Below, piece after piece: positions 51,932 through 57,753 of a DNA stretch of 57,753 nucleotides. The translations under genes were made by a program, and so were the position numbers. The notes beneath the pieces are model-generated. The model had not been told where the DNA came from. It did not search any database and saw nothing but the letters and a program-made list of their open reading frames with translations. The stretch's first letter is position 1. Every line of letters starts with the position of its first letter. The stretch spans positions 1 through 57,753 of the IMG/VR virus record IMGVR_UViG_3300022181_000117. One strand, written 5' to 3'. The stretch is from a virus (Duplodnaviria > Caudoviricetes).

Positions 51932-52963
51932 ATGATCGCCAAGGTGATGGCCAAGGGATTCAAAGGGCTCGAATTCGAGCAGCCGCTTTCCCGCCTCAAC
52001 CTCTTCGTCGGCCCGAACGGAGCGGGCAAGTCCGCCCGGGCCGAAACCGCGGTTCTCGCGGTGAACGGCTGCCTGCCCGGGGGCCCCAAACAGCCGGGCG
52101 CATTGCTCGATGCCTATGGCTCCGCCGAGAAGATGTTCGTGGGCGTGGAGCTCTCGGACCATACCCATCTCATGCGCCGCTACGTCAGGGGCGAAAGCGG
52201 CGGCGGAACTTCACAGGTCATGAAGGACCGGAAGAAATGCACCCCGGCGGAATATGCCAAGGCGCTCGCCGGGATCACCGTGTTCGACCTGCGGGGTTTT
52301 CTCTCGCTCTCCGACCAGGAAAAGCAGGATATGATTTTCTCCCTCTTTCCGCCCGATGGCGATATCCGGGAACTGGACGGCAAGATCGAGGCGCTCAAGG
52401 CCAAGCGGGACAAGATCGCGGCGGATATCCGCGCCATTGAGGGGACGATAAAACGGCTCGCCGGAGCTCGCGCGCAAATTCAACTTCCGGCTGGAAGCCT
52501 CTCCGAGCTCACGGAACAAATCGCGGGGGTCGAGAAGGAACTGGCGGAGGCCAGGGAGAACCTCAAGGATCAGGAAATTGCCGAGGCCGAAGCGCGGGCG
52601 GCGGATGCGGCGAGAGCGCAGGCGCGGCTCGAAGCCGAACAGGCGATGGACGCGGCAGCGAAGGTTCCCCCGTCCGCGGTGAGCGGCGAACCGGCATTCT
52701 TGCCGGAATCCCCCGGATTCCCGGAACGGCCCCCGGTTGTCCCGGCGGCGGTTCGGGATCCCATTCCAGGGGTGGATTACCAGACGTCCTACACGGCGGG
52801 CGGCATCCTCGATCCCATCGGAAATTCCGATGACGGCCACGATCCGGTCGAATCCATTCAATCGATCATCGCTACGATGCGCAATGCCGGTTGTGACGCC
52901 TGCGCCGCCGTCCTGGTGGCAAAACGCGAACTGCGGAAACACGCGAGAAAGGCGGTGGCATGA
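51932..52963 (+). CDS. Rad50/SbcC-like ATPase, N-terminal half
   Basis: KGFKG, Walker A GPNGAGKS, coiled coil, terminal CDAC; GAGGAGG RBS. Confidence 0.8.
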   Translation: MIAKVMAKGFKGLEFEQPLSRLNLFVGPNGAGKSARAETAVLAVNGCLPGGPKQPGALLDAYGSAEKMFVGVELSDHTHLMRRYVRGESGGGTSQVMKDRKKCTPAEYAKALAGITVFDLRGFLSLSDQEKQDMIFSLFPPDGDIRELDGKIEALKAKRDKIAADIRAIEGTIKRLAGARAQIQLPAGSLSELTEQIAGVEKELAEARENLKDQEIAEAEARAADAARAQARLEAEQAMDAAAKVPPSAVSGEPAFLPESPGFPERPPVVPAAVRDPIPGVDYQTSYTAGGILDPIGNSDDGHDPVESIQSIIATMRNAGCDACAAVLVAKRELRKHARKAVA

Positions 52964-53541
52964 TGGATGCCGAACTGCTCAAGAATCAAATCTCCGGCCT
53001 GGAGGCGAAATTGAAAACGCTCCGGGAATCATCCGACCGGCATCACAAAGCCAAAGGGCTCGCCGAGGAAGAGGAGCGGGCGCGCGCCGACATGGGCAGG
53101 CTCGAAACGAAGAACCAGGCGGTGAAAGAGGAAATCGCCGAACTGCGCGGCAGGAAATCGGAGGCACTCCAGGCTACCGCCGCCGCGCTCAGCCTGAAAA
53201 TGGCGGAAGTGCTCCCGGAGGGGAAGCCCGCTTTCGAGGTCGTGGATAGGGAGGTTTTCATCGGCTGGGAATTGCCGGACCGGGGGAAGGTGCCCTATGC
53301 CGGGCTTTCCGGCGGTCAGAAGGCGATTTTCGATAAGGCGCTCGAATACGCTCTCGCGGGGAAGGGCGAGAAGGTCCTGATCGTCGAGGCCGCGGAGCTC
53401 GACGGCGAAAACCTCGTCGAGGCCATGGCGAGGCTTTCCGCGCTCCCGGAAGACGTTCAGGTCCTCTTGCTCACCTGCCACAACTACAAACCGCCCCCGG
53501 AGGTCCTGGAGAGATGGAACGTCGTGGAGGTAGCGGAATGA
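52960..53541 (+). CDS. Rad50/SbcC-like ATPase, C-terminal half
   Basis: Coiled coil, ABC signature LSGGQ, Walker B-like LIVEAAELD, H-loop LLTCH. Confidence 0.78.
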   Translation: MMDAELLKNQISGLEAKLKTLRESSDRHHKAKGLAEEEERARADMGRLETKNQAVKEEIAELRGRKSEALQATAAALSLKMAEVLPEGKPAFEVVDREVFIGWELPDRGKVPYAGLSGGQKAIFDKALEYALAGKGEKVLIVEAAELDGENLVEAMARLSALPEDVQVLLLTCHNYKPPPEVLERWNVVEVAE

Positions 53542-55298
53542 ACCTCGACCTCCAACAGCAAGCGGCAGTCCAGACGGAATCCCGCTCGGCCCTGGTGATC
53601 GCCGGGGCCGGGTCCGGTAAAACGCGGGTACTGACCGAACGGATAGGCCACCTGATCGAACACGCCAAGGTCAGCCCGTACGAGATTCTGTCTTTTACGT
53701 TCACCCGCAAGGCGGCGGGCGAGATGAAAGCCCGCCTCGAATCGCGCATCGGCCCGAAAGCCCACCACGTCACCATGGGGACCATGCACGCGATTGCTCT
53801 GCAAATGCTCAGGCGCTTCGGCGAGCTCGTCGGACTCCGGCCCGGCGGCATCACGGTCTATTCGGCCTGGGAAGAGGAATTCCTTCTGAAGGAAGTGGCG
53901 CGGGACATCGGCTTTTACAAAAAGACATGGAAGGTGCCCAAGAAGGATATCGACCGGATGTTCGCCGACTTCTACCAGGAGGGGAAGAGCCCCTCCGACG
54001 ACCACCCGGCCCGGGACCTGTTCCTTGCATTCATGCAACGCTGCAGGGAGAACAACGCCCTGACCTACGGCGGGTTACTCATGGGCCTGGACCTGATCGT
54101 TTCGACCCTGGCGAAGCATCTGCATTGGCGGCACATCCTGGTCGACGAGATACAAGACATTGACCCGCTCCAATGGAAGATCATCAATGCCCTCTGCCGG
54201 GCGTTTAACGCTTCCCTCTTCGTGGTTGGGGACATCGACCAGAGCATCTATGCGTTCCGGGGCGCCGTCCCGGGATACCTGCTCGAGCACCAGGGGGAAT
54301 TCGACATCTTCCTCCTGGAGAGCAACTACCGGTCCGCGGCGCCGATTGTGGACGGGGCAAACCGGCTCATTGCACACAACACGGGCCGGATCGGCAAGAC
54401 GATGCGGGCGGCCAGGCCAAAACCAATTGTCAGCACGGAAGATTATGACGACGGCATCGCAGTGGGCATCGAAGTGGCCGGCGAAATGGACTCGGCAGCA
54501 TTGTCGGCCAGTCTCAAATACTGGCCGTGGGAAGACACCGCGGTCCTTGCCCGCAATCACGTTCTCTTGCGCCGCCTCTCCGAAGAACTGACCGCGCGCG
54601 AAATCCCGCACACCTACATCGGCCGGAAATCGGCGCTCACCAATTCCGAGGAATTTCGGCGGTTCCATGCATTCCTGAAACTCCTGGTGAACCCCCACGA
54701 CAATTTCAGCTTCCTGCTGGTCAAAGACCTTCTCGGCGTCACGCCGGAGCAGTATTCCGCCATCCGGGTTGACGCCGTGATCAACGGCTGCGGACATCTC
54801 ATGGCGGCAAGATCGTATTTGGTGGAGGGTGGATATGATGAATTCTTTCGAGAGACAAGCCTGCCCCTCGTTGTGGCTTTCATTATCGGTCTCGTGTTTG
54901 ACAAGTTCGAATGCCAAGCCACGGCGGAATTCATAATGTCGTGGATGGAATCTAATGCCGCCGGGAGCATTCAAGAGTACCTCGACTGGCTCGCAACCTA
55001 CGACATCCAGGACGAAATCACCGACCGGGACGAAGGACTATCACTTATGACCATCCACGCGGCCAAGGGCCTCGAATGGCCGGTCGTGATCGTGGCCAGC
55101 TGCAACGAGGGGATCCTGCCCTCCAAGCAGGCGGCGGCAGCGGGCGAGATCGAGGAAGAACGTCGCCTCATGTACGTGGCCATGACCCGCGCCCGGGACC
55201 AATTGATCCTGGCGGTCCGCCCCGAGCGGCAAGAAAAGGGAGACGGCCGGGTCTATGAATCGCCAATGAGCCGGTTTGTGCGGGAGACGCAGACATGA
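53538..55298 (+). CDS. UvrD/PcrA SF1 DNA helicase
   Basis: AGAGSGKT, TFTRKAA, VDEIQD, VGDIDQSIYAFRGA, TIHAAKGLEW, YVAMTRAR. Confidence 0.95.
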   Translation: MNLDLQQQAAVQTESRSALVIAGAGSGKTRVLTERIGHLIEHAKVSPYEILSFTFTRKAAGEMKARLESRIGPKAHHVTMGTMHAIALQMLRRFGELVGLRPGGITVYSAWEEEFLLKEVARDIGFYKKTWKVPKKDIDRMFADFYQEGKSPSDDHPARDLFLAFMQRCRENNALTYGGLLMGLDLIVSTLAKHLHWRHILVDEIQDIDPLQWKIINALCRAFNASLFVVGDIDQSIYAFRGAVPGYLLEHQGEFDIFLLESNYRSAAPIVDGANRLIAHNTGRIGKTMRAARPKPIVSTEDYDDGIAVGIEVAGEMDSAALSASLKYWPWEDTAVLARNHVLLRRLSEELTAREIPHTYIGRKSALTNSEEFRRFHAFLKLLVNPHDNFSFLLVKDLLGVTPEQYSAIRVDAVINGCGHLMAARSYLVEGGYDEFFRETSLPLVVAFIIGLVFDKFECQATAEFIMSWMESNAAGSIQEYLDWLATYDIQDEITDRDEGLSLMTIHAAKGLEWPVVIVASCNEGILPSKQAAAAGEIEEERRLMYVAMTRARDQLILAVRPERQEKGDGRVYESPMSRFVRETQT

Positions 55299-55597
55299 AT
55301 GACCGAGTGACTTATTACACGCTTGAATTTCACCGGGTCGACGATCCCCCGGACGCGGACACTGAAGTTCTGTGCATCGACAGGGAAGAAATTGGCTTGG
55401 GCTACTACGATGACAGCCAGGACCCGTCCTGGAGACACAGCGACGGGCAACCATGGCCTGGAGTCAAGGCTTGGGCGGAGTCGCCCGACCCCAACGAATG
55501 CATGGCCGACTGCTATCCCGATCGTGCCTGCCGGGTCTGTGGATGCACTCAATGGTTTGAGGTATGTCCGCGCAAATGCTATGGAAAATGGTTGTGA
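55295..55597 (+). CDS. Phage hypothetical protein
   Basis: Coupled start; VKAWAESP and CRVCGC motifs. Confidence 0.5.
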   Translation: MNDRVTYYTLEFHRVDDPPDADTEVLCIDREEIGLGYYDDSQDPSWRHSDGQPWPGVKAWAESPDPNECMADCYPDRACRVCGCTQWFEVCPRKCYGKWL

Positions 55598-55619
55598 ATG
55601 GGAAACCAGCCCAACCACT

Positions 55620-55928
55620 CGCCTCGATTGGGTCATCCTCGGCGGCGAGACCGGTCCCCGCGCCCGCCCGATGCACCCTGATTGGGTGCGGTCAGTCAGG
55701 GATCAATGCCAAGCGGCAAGGGTGCCCTTCTGGTTCAAGGGTTGGGGGGAATGGCACCCCTTCAGCGACAACGGCCCTTTGCCGCCAAACTGTTCCTATG
55801 TTGGCATAGGGGGAACAATCCGAAATGGGGATGCCGAGGCCGATACTGATTGGTGTATGGGCAAGATTGGAAAGCGCGTCGCCGGCCACCTGCTCGACGG
55901 CCGGGAGTGGAGGGAGTTGCCGAGATGA
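55620..55928 (+). pseudogene. C-terminal fragment of a Gp37Gp68/DUF5131 protein
   Basis: LDWVILGGETGPRARPMHPDWVRSVRDQC...FKGWGEW...LDGREW; the N-terminal CxxC part is missing. Confidence 0.7.
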
Positions 55929-56107
55929 GCAAAGAACCGACACATCCGTTTCAGTGCCTTTCGTGCAGTATCCGCATCGCATTGGTAGAGCGCGTCGGCT
56001 CGGACTTTACCCTTGAGTTGTGCCCTGCCTGTGAGTGCAAGGAGAGATTCGATTCAATTAGGCGGCATATTCGGAGACTGGCCGAGAAGTTCAGGAGGAA
56101 GTCGTGA
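55925..56107 (+). CDS. Small Zn-ribbon protein
   Basis: CLSC...CPAC; ATGA-coupled. Confidence 0.45.
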   Translation: MSKEPTHPFQCLSCSIRIALVERVGSDFTLELCPACECKERFDSIRRHIRRLAEKFRRKS

Positions 56108-56532
56108 GGATCTACATAGCCTCGTCTTGGCGAAACCAGCACGCAGTTGAGATGCTGACCGATAGGCTACGCGAACAGGGTCACGAAGTGATTTCGTTCG
56201 TCGAGGCCGCTGTTGAAGTCGAGGGGCGCGATGGTCTCCGGTTCGATGTCGAAGATTGGATCGCTTCCGAGGACGGCCGAAGGAAATTCGAATACGATAC
56301 CGGGGCCGCAACGACGTCGGACCTGGTCGTCTATATCGGACCCTCCGGAACGGACGCCTGGGCGGAGGTCGGAGCTGCCTGGGGCGCCGGCGTTCCCATA
56401 GTGGGCCTGTGGGCGAAGGGCGAACCGGCGGGTCTCATGCGGCGCATGATCAGCTACTGGTGCGTGGATTACCACGCGCTACTCCAGGCCGTCAAAGTAT
56501 ATGAGAGACCGATGTCGCATCCCGCGACATGA
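56104..56532 (+). CDS. Nucleoside 2-deoxyribosyltransferase-like protein
   Basis: IYIASSWRN...D...SDLVV...SG.DAWAEVGAAWG. Confidence 0.65.
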   Translation: MRIYIASSWRNQHAVEMLTDRLREQGHEVISFVEAAVEVEGRDGLRFDVEDWIASEDGRRKFEYDTGAATTSDLVVYIGPSGTDAWAEVGAAWGAGVPIVGLWAKGEPAGLMRRMISYWCVDYHALLQAVKVYERPMSHPAT

Positions 56533-56549
56533 TAGAGGTTGATTAATCC

Positions 56550-56993
56550 ATGACTGTGCTCACGCCCCAGGAAGTCGCAAGCCGGTTGCAAGTCTCCGTC
56601 AGGTGGGTGTACGATCACGCCGAAGCCCTTGGAGGGGTGCGAATTGGCGGGAAGGTGTTTCTGACCGAGGAGGGGCTGGACTATGCCTTACAAGGACCGA
56701 GGAAAGTGGCGGGCGGTGGTAAAGATAGCGGGCAAGCGCTACACCGAAGCCTTCCCGCTGACGGCGGAGGGAAGAAGAGACGCCTGCTCCTGGGAAATCA
56801 CGGAGCGAAAGAGGCTGACGGAAAAGACCCAAACCGCCATGGTCTTTTCGACAGTCTACAATTGCTACCTGGATTACGCCGAGTTGAGGTACTCAAGGAC
56901 CACGCACGTCGAAAAAAAGACGCTCGGCAAGCGCTTCATGAACCGGGTGGGGAACAAGCTCCTCGAGGAAATCACCCCGAAAGACCTGCATGA
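56550..56993 (+). CDS. xis: Excisionase-like HTH protein (tail overlaps the integrase)
   Basis: VLTPQEVASRLQVSVRWVY...GVRIGGKV. Confidence 0.7.
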   Translation: MTVLTPQEVASRLQVSVRWVYDHAEALGGVRIGGKVFLTEEGLDYALQGPRKVAGGGKDSGQALHRSLPADGGGKKRRLLLGNHGAKEADGKDPNRHGLFDSLQLLPGLRRVEVLKDHARRKKDARQALHEPGGEQAPRGNHPERPA

Positions 56994-57753
56994 TTTTCTC
57001 ATATCCTCAGCCGAATCGATCAGCAACAACAAGGCGAACCGGGACCGCAAGAACCTGATGGCCTTCTGGAGATGGACACAAAAAATCTACGATATACCCA
57101 ACAACCCGGTTGCCAAGATAGACCGTCTCCCGCATGACCGAGCCCCGCAGTATACCCCTCCCGAATCCGACATACTCAAGATTCTCGCTATTGCAACCAG
57201 GAGGGAACGCGCTTTCCTGGATTGCTATTTATGCACGGGAGCCCGACGCGGCGAGATCTTTCGGCTCAAGTGGGACGATGTGAATTTCGAGCGGCGGGAA
57301 ATCCGGTTGGGGACCCGCAAGAGCGTCGTCGGTAGCCTGATCTACGAGGAACTGCCCATGAACGACCAACTCCATGATTCGCTCATGTGGGTCTGGAAGA
57401 ACCGGAAATGCAAGGATAGCCCGCATGTGTGGGTGATCGAGGAGGGTCCGTATATCGGAAGAACGTACACATTCAGACGCCGGTTTCTGGCCGGTCTGTG
57501 CGAGCGGGCGAAGGTGCGGACATTCGGTTTTCATGCCCTCAGAAGATACGTGGCGTCCATCCTGGCCGACAAGCACAAGATCAGCGCCAAGACGATACAA
57601 CGCATACTCCGTCACAAGGCGATTGCAACGACCGAAAGATACATTCACCGGATCAATACGGATCTCGCGGAGGTGATGGGACTGTTGGGTGAAAGTAAAG
57701 TGAAAGACTCGCCCGGTACCACGGAGCGGTACCACGACGAGTCTTCTAATTGA
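56683..57753 (+). CDS. int: Tyrosine recombinase (phage integrase)
   Basis: TGARRGE, K, FHALRR, LRH...TTERY catalytic set; GAGGAGG RBS. Confidence 0.95.
   Translation: MPYKDRGKWRAVVKIAGKRYTEAFPLTAEGRRDACSWEITERKRLTEKTQTAMVFSTVYNCYLDYAELRYSRTTHVEKKTLGKRFMNRVGNKLLEEITPKDLHDFLISSAESISNNKANRDRKNLMAFWRWTQKIYDIPNNPVAKIDRLPHDRAPQYTPPESDILKILAIATRRERAFLDCYLCTGARRGEIFRLKWDDVNFERREIRLGTRKSVVGSLIYEELPMNDQLHDSLMWVWKNRKCKDSPHVWVIEEGPYIGRTYTFRRRFLAGLCERAKVRTFGFHALRRYVASILADKHKISAKTIQRILRHKAIATTERYIHRINTDLAEVMGLLGESKVKDSPGTTERYHDESSN

Larger units (their letters stand above)
4193..57753. mobile_element. Temperate podovirus-like prophage (left boundary uncertain; the R-M operon may be cargo)
   Basis: Complete set of modules: integrase, CI/Cro, replication, lysis, terminase, portal, capsid, ejection proteins. 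No tape measure, tail tube or sheath gene was seen. Confidence 0.92.

Noticed and set aside
1-57753. attL/attR direct repeats
   Set aside because: None found by eye; the window ends at the integrase stop, so attR probably lies outside it.

Overview
The window is almost entirely one temperate, podovirus-like prophage (~4.2-57.75 kb). The integrase and excisionase lie at the right edge; no att site was identified. From right to left: a + strand early/recombination operon (Zn-finger paralogs, split Rad50/SbcC-like ATPase, UvrD helicase); a low-GC cassette of five - strand genes convergent with the CI repressor (Panacea antitoxin, truncated toxin-like ORF, TIGR04255-like protein, small protein, PemK/MazF-like protein); a CI/Cro switch; replication genes; GH108 endolysin and holin; terminase, portal, scaffold and capsid; tail and ejection genes; a 4561-aa polyvalent DarB-like virion protein; and tail-fibre-like genes. 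The left 4 kb is a type II R-M operon (C5 MTase, REase, Vsr) with an AlkA glycosylase. The most striking signal is hidden inside the 13.7-kb giant gene. Its interdomain linkers carry two overprinted +1-frame genes, one with its own TTGACA-17-TATGAT promoter and RBS, and an antisense ~100-nt structured RNA with its own promoter, a UUCG tetraloop and a U-tract, sitting directly behind the PBECR-type nuclease domain. All family assignments come from motif recognition by eye, not database searches.
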